Below, piece after piece: positions 16,197 to 23,209 of a stretch of DNA of 42,521 nucleotides. The notes beneath the pieces are model-generated. The model did no database searches and was not told the origin of the DNA. It saw only the letters and a program-made list of their open reading frames with translations. The stretch comes from a virus, in the IMG/VR virus record IMGVR_UViG_3300018083_000059, positions 1 to 42,521 of that record, one strand, 5' to 3'. The translations under genes were made by a program, and so were the position numbers. How positions within the stretch are numbered: position 1 is the stretch's first letter; every line of letters begins with the position of its first letter.

Positions 16197-17914
16197 CCAA
16201 TCCGCTTTCCTGGTCGACGACCGCCGCCTCGAACACCAGCGTCGCCGGCGTCTCGATCGCCGAGGGCTGGGCGCCGGCCTCGGTCAACAATGCCCTGCGC
16301 GGCATGATGGCCGACCTCAGCAAGTTCATCAAAGACAGCAGCGGCGACCTTGTCACCTCGGGCGCCGGCACCAACTTCTATTCGATCAATTCGAACATGG
16401 ACCTGACAGCCTACGCCAAGCCGATCCTGCTGCTGGCGCGGGCGCACCAGACCAACACAGGGCCGTCTTCGATGTCGGTCGACGGCCTCGGCACCCGATC
16501 GATCAAGCGCACCAGCGGCGCCGTCCTGACTGCTGGCGATATCGTCCTCGGCGGGATGTATTTCTTCACTTACGACCCCGTTACCGACGTCTTCTTTCTC
16601 ATGAACCCGACCGGCGCCGGGGTCATCACCTCGACGATCCCGGTCGCCTTTGGCGGCACCGGAATCACCAGTTACGCCATCGGCGACATGATCTACGCCT
16701 CGGCGGCGACGGTGCTGTCGCATGTGCCGGCGGCGGCGACAGGTAACGTCCTGCTCTCGGGAACGGCGCCATCGTGGAACAAGGTGACGCTCACCGGCCA
16801 TGTGTCGGGCGTCCTGCCGATCGCCAATGGCGGCACTGCCGCCGCCGACGTGACTAACGCCCGGATCAATCTCGGCCTCGTCATCGGCACCAACGTCCAG
16901 GCGTTCGACGCGACGCTCAGCGGCCTCGCCGGTCTGACCACCGCATCTGACCAGGCGATCTATTCCACCGGCGTCAACACTTTCGCCATGACCGGGTTCA
17001 CCAGCTATGGGCGGTCGCTGGTCGACGACGTCGATGCCGCGGCGGCGAGGACGACGCTCGGCCTGGGGACCATGGCGACGCAGGCGGCGAGCGCGGTGGC
17101 GATCACCGGCGGCAGCATCGACGTCCCGACGCTCAAGGTGAGCGGCGTTGCCGTGCCGACCCAGAGCACTGCCAACATCTGGACAGCGGCGCAGACCGTC
17201 ACGCTGGCGACCGCGGCAGCAGTGCCGCTGACGCTGACCTCAACCGAAGCGGGAGCGGCAGTCGGCCCGACCCTGAACCTCTTCCGGGATTCCGTGTCGC
17301 CCTTCACCGCCGACGTCGCCGGTGCGGTGACGTTCACGGCCCGGAACAGCGCCAACGCGGTCGTCGGCTATGGCAGCATCCAGTCGGTTCTGGCCGATGT
17401 GACCGGCGGCTCGGAGGATGGCCGCATCAATGTCGCCACAGTCATCAACGGCTCGTCCGTCATCGTGGCGCAGTTCGGGCCCGGCCTGGTGGTCGGCGCA
17501 CCGACCGGCGGCGACAAGGGTGTCGGCACGATCAACGCGACCGGCGTTTACGACGACAACACGCTGTTGACCGGCTACGTGCTGGAGGCCGCCCTCGACG
17601 GCGCCATCGACAAGCCGAAATGGGACAAGATTGGCATCCGCGGCGTCCATGAGCCGATGCGGCGCTTTTCCGCCATGGTGGAGACAGGGTCTCGCAATCC
17701 GCTAACCATCGACGGATTCAGCGATTTCTGGAAAACCTATCGGCATCTCCCATCTTTGCCTGATGAGGAGCAGCCGTCGCTGCTTGAGCAGCCGTCGACC
17801 GGGCAATGGATTCAGATGCTGGTCGAAACGGTGGAGCTGCTGGCGGTGCATGTCGATGGGCTGAACGAGCGGCTGAACAGGTTGGAGCCGCAGTCGGTAT
17901 ATGGAGGGAAGTAA
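16193..17914 (+). CDS. Tail fiber protein
   Basis: N-terminus NPLSWSTTAASNTSVAGVSIAEGWAPASVNNALRGMMADL. Repeated fiber motifs VAFGGTGITSYA and PIANGGTAAADVTNARINLGL. Confidence 0.75.
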   Translation: MTNPLSWSTTAASNTSVAGVSIAEGWAPASVNNALRGMMADLSKFIKDSSGDLVTSGAGTNFYSINSNMDLTAYAKPILLLARAHQTNTGPSSMSVDGLGTRSIKRTSGAVLTAGDIVLGGMYFFTYDPVTDVFFLMNPTGAGVITSTIPVAFGGTGITSYAIGDMIYASAATVLSHVPAAATGNVLLSGTAPSWNKVTLTGHVSGVLPIANGGTAAADVTNARINLGLVIGTNVQAFDATLSGLAGLTTASDQAIYSTGVNTFAMTGFTSYGRSLVDDVDAAAARTTLGLGTMATQAASAVAITGGSIDVPTLKVSGVAVPTQSTANIWTAAQTVTLATAAAVPLTLTSTEAGAAVGPTLNLFRDSVSPFTADVAGAVTFTARNSANAVVGYGSIQSVLADVTGGSEDGRINVATVINGSSVIVAQFGPGLVVGAPTGGDKGVGTINATGVYDDNTLLTGYVLEAALDGAIDKPKWDKIGIRGVHEPMRRFSAMVETGSRNPLTIDGFSDFWKTYRHLPSLPDEEQPSLLEQPSTGQWIQMLVETVELLAVHVDGLNERLNRLEPQSVYGGK

Positions 17915-18255
17915 TGGATCAGGCTGCGATCATCCGCGAGCTCGAGGAGCAGCGAAACATGATGTCATCGCGGGCGGCGCAGTTCGCCGGCATCGCGGCG
18001 TCGCTGGGCGCCGAGATCGAGGTGCTCAAGGGCAAGTTGAAAAAGGCCGAGGCGGATGTCGACCGCGACCTGGACGGGATCGTGTCGGCCTATGAGGCCA
18101 AGGTTGCCGAGATGCGCGAGCGGATCACCGAGAACGAGGTCGACGCCGCCAACGCCGAGTTCGTTGCCGGCGGCGGGGTGATGAACAACTGGTCCGAGGG
18201 CGCTCCACGGGAGCCCGAGGCGATCGTCGAGGGGGCGGCGTTCAAGGCGGCGTGA
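17914..18255 (+). CDS. Hypothetical coiled-coil protein (last late gene)
   Basis: TAATG coupling to the fiber gene; 113 aa, helical and charged. Its 3' end overlaps the convergent MTase gene by 14 nt. Confidence 0.5.
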   Translation: MDQAAIIRELEEQRNMMSSRAAQFAGIAASLGAEIEVLKGKLKKAEADVDRDLDGIVSAYEAKVAEMRERITENEVDAANAEFVAGGGVMNNWSEGAPREPEAIVEGAAFKAA

Positions 18256-19123
18256 TGCTCATGGCGCATTGGATGAAGGCGGCCGCCTGCTCGGCATTGA
18301 TTGCATTGCCATAACCGCGCAGTCGTCCCACTCGGGCGGGAGCCCCATGAGCCAGCGGGAATGTGCCGGGTTCAACTGGCCGAGCTTTGCCGTCTTGGCA
18401 GGAGATCCAGTCGGCGTCGGACCAGAAGCTAGCCACACCTGCCGACCGAGGAGGCCATTGACCGGCACCGTTCCCACCGACCCGCCGTCCTTGTGGTCGC
18501 GGGTTGTCGGCGTCGCCCAGGAGGCCATCTTTGCCGCTCCCGGCAGCTTCAGCGCCGGCTTGTCGTGGTCGCCGCGGCTGTAGCTGTAATCGCTCGCCTT
18601 GGCGTTGTTCACCACCGGCATCGGCCATCCAGTAAAGCCGCTGCCGGATATGCGGCGCGCCAACGCTGCAAGCCGGGAAAGACACCGCCCCGAAGGCGTA
18701 ACCCAGGGCTTCCAGGTCAGTCGAAACAAGGTCGATCCACGGCCCCGCAACGTCTCCCGCAACCTGCTCTCCAAGCACCGTTGGAGGGCGGCACTCCGAG
18801 ATGAGCCAATGCCAGGCAGGCCACAGGTGCCGCTCGTCATCAAACCCTGCTCCGCGGCCTGCCGCGCTGAAAGGCTGGCATGGGCAGGAACCGGTCCACA
18901 CGGGCTGGTCGTCGGGCCATCCAGCTTGTCGAAGAGCGTAGGCCCAGACGCCGATGCCGGCGAAGAAATGACATTGGCTATAGCCGGCGAGGTCGGCTGG
19001 GCTGATATCGCGGATGTCGCGCTGGTCCACGTCTCCGGGTGGAAGATATCCGGCTGCAACGAGGTTGCGGAGCCACGCCGCAGCGAATGGATCAATCTCG
19101 TTGTAGAGGACTCGGCCATTCAT
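18242..19123 (-). CDS. DNA (cytosine-5)-methyltransferase (frame A; see finding on frame switching)
   Basis: FFAGIGVW (motif I), [11 protein letters not shown] (IV), LGEQV (VI), [11 protein letters not shown] (VIII), RLRGYGNAI (X). ATG at 19123 preceded by GGGAG. Confidence 0.8.
   Translation of the reverse strand: MNGRVLYNEIDPFAAAWLRNLVAAGYLPPGDVDQRDIRDISPADLAGYSQCHFFAGIGVWAYALRQAGWPDDQPVWTGSCPCQPFSAAGRGAGFDDERHLWPAWHWLISECRPPTVLGEQVAGDVAGPWIDLVSTDLEALGYAFGAVSFPACSVGAPHIRQRLYWMADAGGEQRQGERLQLQPRRPRQAGAEAAGSGKDGLLGDADNPRPQGRRVGGNGAGQWPPRSAGVASFWSDADWISCQDGKARPVEPGTFPLAHGAPARVGRLRGYGNAINAEQAAAFIQCAMSITPP
18259..19119 (-). other. Alternative-frame (+1) ORF completely nested in the C5-MTase gene
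   Basis: 286 codons from an ATG 4 nt downstream of the frame-A ATG. Its C-terminal third reads [37 protein letters not shown] and has higher GC3 than frame A. Confidence 0.4.
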
Positions 19124-19324
19124 GCTCCCGGAACGTCCAATGAACGCTGTGTCAAATTTGGGCTCGTCGTATCCTGCTTGTTCTTGATTCCTGCCGTTTC
19201 GACCTGCATGGACATGCAAGCAAAACGAGGCAGGACTTGAGATTTTCCGCGGGTTTCCCTACACCAACCGATGGCCGCCTCTGGCCCTTGCGGAGGAGTT
19301 TACGTAATATGGTAAGCTGTTGTC
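19124..19324. other. Non-coding region next to the integrase 3' end; candidate attP-containing region
   Basis: AT-richer than its surroundings. Imperfect hairpin CTCATA(TA)CGC-tttct-GCGTATGAG overlaps the int stop. The core cannot be defined without the host attB. Confidence 0.3.
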
Positions 19325-20314
19325 TCATATACGCTTTCTGCGTATGAGATATGGTTTTGTGTCGGATTTTGTGCCACTGATCCTGTCCGCTAGCGTGTCA
19401 TCCTCGGCGGCGTGCCCGTAGGTCGCGAAGACGTGCGCCGGGCTCTTCCACCCGCCCAGTTTCGCCACCGTCACCACATCGACGCCGGCCTGCAGCATCG
19501 CCGTAGCGAAACCATGCCGGCAGGCATGGAATGACAGCGGCTTGATCTCTGCCCGTGTGATCGCTGCATCCCACCTCGGCAAGGCGTTCTCTCGTGAGAG
19601 ATAACCGAACACCCGGCCGTTCGGCTGCTGGTCGATGTTGGCTATTGCGGCGACAAGGACGGGCGGCAGGTGGGCTCGGCGCTCGGCGCCTATCTTGGTC
19701 TGCCGGATCAGCGCGCGGGCATTGGGGAGGCTTACATCAGCCCAGCGAAGGCTGGTCGCCTCGGTGATCCGAGCGCCGGTCAGGAACATGAAGCAGGCAA
19801 GGGCGCCGAGATGCGGCGAGGCATGCGCCATGAACGCCTCGATCCAAAGCCAGGTCGCCGGTTCCTTCTCGTGTTTGACGACCGGGAAGCGCCGCATCCG
19901 CACGATGGGCGGGCAGAGGTCGTGGTCGGCAGCGTGGTTGATGATCGCCTGCGTCGGGACCAGGACATGGCGGTTCCGGGTCGCGCCCGAAGCATTGGGA
20001 TAAAGGGTCTTTGCCGATTCCCGGATAGCGCCGGTCGTGATGTCCTTCACGCGGGTGTCGCGCCAATAATCCTCGATCTTGTCGAGGAAGCGGGTCGGCT
20101 TGCCTGCCCTTCGGTAGAGAATGGCGGCTTGGGCGAACGTCAGAACGGCTTCGGGTCCATCGAGACGACTTTGCCATTGCTTCGCCGCGGCTTCGTCGGC
20201 GATGCGGCGCGCGATTGCCTGGTCCTCAGTACGCGTAGAGCCGCGTAGTCGCCGGCCGGCAACGGTGCCTCGGTAGTACCAGACCTCGCCACGCTTGAAG
20301 AGTGTGAGGGACAT
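19325..20314 (-). CDS. int: Tyrosine integrase
   Basis: MSLTLFKRGEVWYYRG N-terminus. TGARITE (Arg), HACRHGFAT (His-x-x-Arg), ATYGH (catalytic Tyr). Confidence 0.9.
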   Translation of the reverse strand: MSLTLFKRGEVWYYRGTVAGRRLRGSTRTEDQAIARRIADEAAAKQWQSRLDGPEAVLTFAQAAILYRRAGKPTRFLDKIEDYWRDTRVKDITTGAIRESAKTLYPNASGATRNRHVLVPTQAIINHAADHDLCPPIVRMRRFPVVKHEKEPATWLWIEAFMAHASPHLGALACFMFLTGARITEATSLRWADVSLPNARALIRQTKIGAERRAHLPPVLVAAIANIDQQPNGRVFGYLSRENALPRWDAAITRAEIKPLSFHACRHGFATAMLQAGVDVVTVAKLGGWKSPAHVFATYGHAAEDDTLADRISGTKSDTKPYLIRRKRI

Positions 20315-20472
20315 GGCTTTGTCGCCTTCAAGAGGGTGCGGACGTCGTCTTCGGTGAGCACCATAGTCTTGCCGATGACGCTGCAGGCGCCAAGGTCGCG
20401 GGCCAACTTGCGCAAAGTCCTTTCGGGGCAACCAAGCTGGGCGGCGACGGCTGCCGGCGTGAGGAATGTCAT
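20140..20472 (-). CDS. Excisionase-like HTH protein with a long 3' extension over the int start
   Basis: LTPAAVAAQLGCPERTLRKLARDLG...VLTEDDVRTLL HTH. The ORF runs 175 nt into the int coding region in another frame. Confidence 0.55.
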   Translation of the reverse strand: MTFLTPAAVAAQLGCPERTLRKLARDLGACSVIGKTMVLTEDDVRTLLKATKPCPSHSSSVARSGTTEAPLPAGDYAALRVLRTRQSRAASPTKPRRSNGKVVSMDPKPF

Positions 20473-20478
20473 TCTATG

Positions 20479-20661
20479 TTACCCGCAGGAAGGCGGCGAG
20501 GAGGGCGAGGGCGGGGGTTGCCGCTCTCGCTCGGCATCTGCGAGCCGGGCGCGGAGGGCGTCGATCTCGTCGGCGGCCTCCATGCAATCCTGTCGCCCTC
20601 CCGGCGTTTGACTGATGGCAAGATTGCGCAGCCGCGCCACGATGTCATTCGGTTCGCTCAT
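20479..20661 (-). CDS. Hypothetical protein
   Basis: 60-aa ORF in the leftward operon, 4-nt overlap with the upstream gene. Confidence 0.5.
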   Translation of the reverse strand: MSEPNDIVARLRNLAISQTPGGRQDCMEAADEIDALRARLADAERERQPPPSPSSPPSCG

Positions 20662-20846
20662 TCCCGGTCCTCCAAAGCTAGTGATTGACCATGGTAAAGT
20701 CCGGCCATGTAGACGCGGAGGAGCAGATCATCGCCGCGCCCCTCCACCACAGAGCGGGCGGTTACGCGTCGGACGATATCCCGTAATCCATTAGCCATTT
20801 GCCTGTCCAACTCATGCGGCTGGATTGGCGCTGTCAGGGCGGTCAT
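20658..20846 (-). CDS. Hypothetical protein
   Basis: ATG at 20846 overlaps the stop of the tiny membrane ORF (TGATG); 62 aa. Confidence 0.5.
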   Translation of the reverse strand: MTALTAPIQPHELDRQMANGLRDIVRRVTARSVVEGRGDDLLLRVYMAGLYHGQSLALEDRE

Positions 20847-20947
20847 CAGATAGCGTCCGTGATGACGAGGATGGCGACCAGGATGGTGACGACGATGGCG
20901 GTGGCGACGATCGCCGGGGCGAAGAGGGAGTACCAGTCCATGGTCAT
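20846..20947 (-). CDS. Tiny single-pass membrane peptide (33 aa)
   Basis: MTMDWYSLFAPAIVATAIVVTILVAILVITDAI: one hydrophobic helix. Stop is coupled to the next start. Below the track's size cutoff as an independent ORF. Confidence 0.4.
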   Translation of the reverse strand: MTMDWYSLFAPAIVATAIVVTILVAILVITDAI

Positions 20948-21045
20948 GATCCAAAGTTGAAGGGGCGCAGGGAAACCGGGGTCATGTGGTGCCGTACAGA
21001 CCCTGGCTTGTCGGCCGTCGCCTATCCCTGCGCTTTCATGGCGGC

Positions 21046-21336
21046 CTAGCGGCAGTAGACGGTGTTGCCGATCGTCTGGCATTGCACCGTTGGCTGGCCA
21101 TAGCCGGGGTTGATGTATTGCTGGTTGCCATAGGTCTGCGAGCTGTAGCCGTTCGGCCCGTAGGTCTGGTTGCCGTAGGTCTGATAAGTACCCTGCGGCG
21201 TGACGGTGGTCCGCGGCGGGGTATAGGTTTGATAAGAGTTGCCGCCTCCATAAGTCCTCGTTTGCGCAGAGGCTTGTGTGGCGATGACGAGTAACAGCAC
21301 AGTCGTAAATGTCAGCATTGCAGTTGTCGTGGTCAT
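21046..21336 (-). CDS. Secreted Y/Q/G/T/N-rich repeat protein (signal peptide, C-terminal Cys pair)
   Basis: GGAGA SD before the ATG at 21336. MTTTTAMLTFTTVLLLVIATQASA|QT signal peptide. Repeats SYQTY, GTYQTYGNQTYG, SSQTYGNQQY. Ends ...VQCQTIGNTVYCR. Confidence 0.6.
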   Translation of the reverse strand: MTTTTAMLTFTTVLLLVIATQASAQTRTYGGGNSYQTYTPPRTTVTPQGTYQTYGNQTYGPNGYSSQTYGNQQYINPGYGQPTVQCQTIGNTVYCR

Positions 21337-21371
21337 GGTTCGGTTTCTCCGGTTTGCAGTAAGCCGCATGT

Positions 21372-21629
21372 TCAAAAGCCGTCTTCTTCGAGGTTGAAAA
21401 GATCGGTGAGAGCCTCCTGGCGGGTGGCGCCGTAGCCGTAGGGGCCGGCCTCTTCCTGGCCGTCGCGGTAGGCTGTCCAGTCGTAGTTTCTGATCGGGAT
21501 CGCCGGCGGGTCGTAGATGGTGATGACATCGGGAAGCTCGGGCGCCTCGTCATCAGGCGGCTCGAACTCCTGAAACATCTCGTCGTCGGGGCTGCGGGTC
21601 TTCCAGTGGTCATAGCGGGATCGCAGCAT
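21372..21629 (-). CDS. Hypothetical acidic protein with C-terminal GYGATxxEAxxDL motif
   Basis: 85 aa, TGATG coupling with the upstream gene. Its motif is shared with the CDS at 23772..23957. Confidence 0.55.
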   Translation of the reverse strand: MLRSRYDHWKTRSPDDEMFQEFEPPDDEAPELPDVITIYDPPAIPIRNYDWTAYRDGQEEAGPYGYGATRQEALTDLFNLEEDGF

Positions 21630-21811
21630 CACAGCCTCACCGTGTCGGTTGCTTCGAGCTGGGTGCGGACTTCCGGGGCGAGGCCGCAGGCGTCCCAGTA
21701 TTCGCGCTGGAGGCGGGCAGCCTCGATGCGGTCGGACGGGCGGCGGGAATAGCGCAGGACAATGATGCGGGCCTCGATGCGGGCCGCCTGGGCCTCGGTG
21801 GGCTTTTTCAT
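21629..21811 (-). CDS. Hypothetical protein
   Basis: ATG at 21811 overlaps the upstream stop (TGATG); 60 aa. Confidence 0.55.
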   Translation of the reverse strand: MKKPTEAQAARIEARIIVLRYSRRPSDRIEAARLQREYWDACGLAPEVRTQLEATDTVRL

Positions 21812-22128
21812 CACGCGTTCTCCTCCTTGAAAGGAATCCCGGCGGCGCGCATCGAACTGGCCAGCTCAGACATGGCCGTGGGCGCCTTGGCAGGCTCGCG
21901 GTCGGCCCACACCCGCAGGAGTGAGCGGCGGCATCCCTCAAGCTCCTGGCGGGCGTACATGAGGTAACGCATGGCGTCGTCGAGGTCGTCGACATCGACG
22001 AGGTTGACGAACATGCTCTCGCGAGCAACGCCGAGTTCGGCTTCGAAGGCCGTCAGTTCGGCGAGCATGCGCTCGAGGCGGATCGAGGCGGTAAGCTGGG
22101 TGCGGAGGGCGGAGAGGGTCGTGGGCAT
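21811..22128 (-). CDS. Hypothetical protein, first gene of the leftward early operon
   Basis: GGAGA SD 7 nt before the ATG at 22128; 105 aa. Confidence 0.55.
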   Translation of the reverse strand: MPTTLSALRTQLTASIRLERMLAELTAFEAELGVARESMFVNLVDVDDLDDAMRYLMYARQELEGCRRSLLRVWADREPAKAPTAMSELASSMRAAGIPFKEENA

Positions 22129-22159
22129 CTGCGGTCTCCATCGGGGTTCCGATGGGCAT

Positions 22160-22188
22160 AACGTGGAGGACATCCACAGCAGTGTCAA
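22160..22188 (-). promoter_or_regulatory. PL-like promoter with embedded 15-bp palindromic operator
   Basis: Minus strand: TTGACA (22188-22183), 5 nt, GTGGATGTCCTCCAC (22177-22163), candidate -10 CACGTT (22165-22160). Same layout as at 22626. Confidence 0.45.
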
Positions 22189-22231
22189 CAGAAAAGTGTA
22201 TGACATCCACGCAGAAAAATTAGCGGTGCTG

Positions 22232-22567
22232 TTAAGAGCCGGTCTTTAGCAAGGCGTCGACGATACGAAGCACCTGCGCTTTTTGCTCTGCCGACGCCGT
22301 TCGGAGATGGTCGGTAATCGACCAGACAGCATCAATATTTCCCGGATTGCGGGTTACTAGATCGGCCACGGTGCAGCCATACGCATCCGCAGCCGCTTCC
22401 ATAAACTGTTGCCCATAAGGGCTTTTCCGGTTTTCGATCTTCGACAATTGAGTTCGCGAGATGCCGAGCCGGGAAGCAGCTTCCTCCTGGCTGAGGTTTC
22501 GGAACTCCCGCCACTCCTTGAGAAAATGACGCTGCAGCGGACGCTTGGGATGCGAGACAGATGGCAT
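22232..22567 (-). CDS. CI-like repressor, XRE-family HTH, short form without a peptidase domain
   Basis: LKEWREFRNLSQEEAASRLGISRTQLSKIENRK HTH. 111 aa. Divergent from the Cro-like gene. Confidence 0.8.
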   Translation of the reverse strand: MPSVSHPKRPLQRHFLKEWREFRNLSQEEAASRLGISRTQLSKIENRKSPYGQQFMEAAADAYGCTVADLVTRNPGNIDAVWSITDHLRTASAEQKAQVLRIVDALLKTGS

Positions 22568-22625
22568 AGCCGAATGTCCCGCCGCACCACGGCCTCGATC
22601 TACGCCATAGCATGAACATACGTGC

Positions 22626-22654
22626 TTGACATCCACGTGGAGGATATCCACTAT
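22626..22654 (+). promoter_or_regulatory. PR-like promoter with embedded 15-bp palindromic operator
   Basis: TTGACA (22626-22631), 5 nt, GTGGAGGATATCCAC (22637-22651), candidate -10 CACTAT (22649-22654). The predicted start is about at the cro ATG. Confidence 0.45.
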
Positions 22655-22661
22655 CACATGC

Positions 22662-22871
22662 ATGACATTCCACGAATGGGCCGCTCAGTCCGGCAAAACC
22701 GACGATTGGATCGCTGCGCAGGTCGGACGTGATCGATCTACGATCACGCATGTCCGGAACCGGAATAAGCGCGCGAGCCTGGAACTGGCGGTGGCGCTGA
22801 ACAGATTGAGCGGCGGTCTGGTTCCGGTAGATGACTTCCTCCTTACTCAGACTGCCGAGGCCGGCGAATGA
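22662..22871 (+). CDS. Cro-like / YdaS-like small HTH regulator
   Basis: 69 aa. WAAQSGKTDDWIAAQVGRDRSTITHVRN...LELAVALNRLSGGLV pattern. No SD, ATG about 7 nt after the candidate -10. Confidence 0.6.
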   Translation: MTFHEWAAQSGKTDDWIAAQVGRDRSTITHVRNRNKRASLELAVALNRLSGGLVPVDDFLLTQTAEAGE

Positions 22872-23209
22872 CCGGCGGTCGGGCCTCTCGCATGAAGGGA
22901 AGTCGTAGAGAGCTTCAAGCCGTCCGTGTCATGCAGACGGCCGGCCTTGCCGCCGAGAAAACGCCCTTGTCGGGGTCTGTCGGCGGGAAATTTGCCGGCG
23001 ATATCTCCTGCCCGATCCTTGGCGTCGACCGGCGCTTCGAGGTCAAGGCCCGCGCCTCCGACTTCAGCCTGATCAGACGCTGGTTGGACGAGAATTACGG
23101 CCTGATCCTCAAGACCGATCGCAAACCAACCCTGGTCGTCATGCGGCTCGATGACTTCGCCGAGCTGGCCTATGGCGCCGACCGCAAGCGCCTGGAGGCC
23201 GCAGAATAA
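22868..23209 (+). CDS. Putative Holliday-junction-resolvase-like PD-(D/E)XK endonuclease
   Basis: KGSRRELQAVRVMQTAGLAAEKTPLSGS...GDISCPILGVDRRFEVKAR resembles archaeal Hjc-like phage resolvases. ATGA coupled to cro. Confidence 0.5.
   Translation: MTGGRASRMKGSRRELQAVRVMQTAGLAAEKTPLSGSVGGKFAGDISCPILGVDRRFEVKARASDFSLIRRWLDENYGLILKTDRKPTLVVMRLDDFAELAYGADRKRLEAAE

Noticed and set aside
19220-19324. A tRNA 3' fragment marking attP (for example TGGTGTAGGGAAACCCGCGG on the minus strand).
   Set aside because: It only loosely resembles an acceptor/T-arm (no GGTTCGAATCC-like T-loop). No full tRNA gene was found anywhere in the window by eye.
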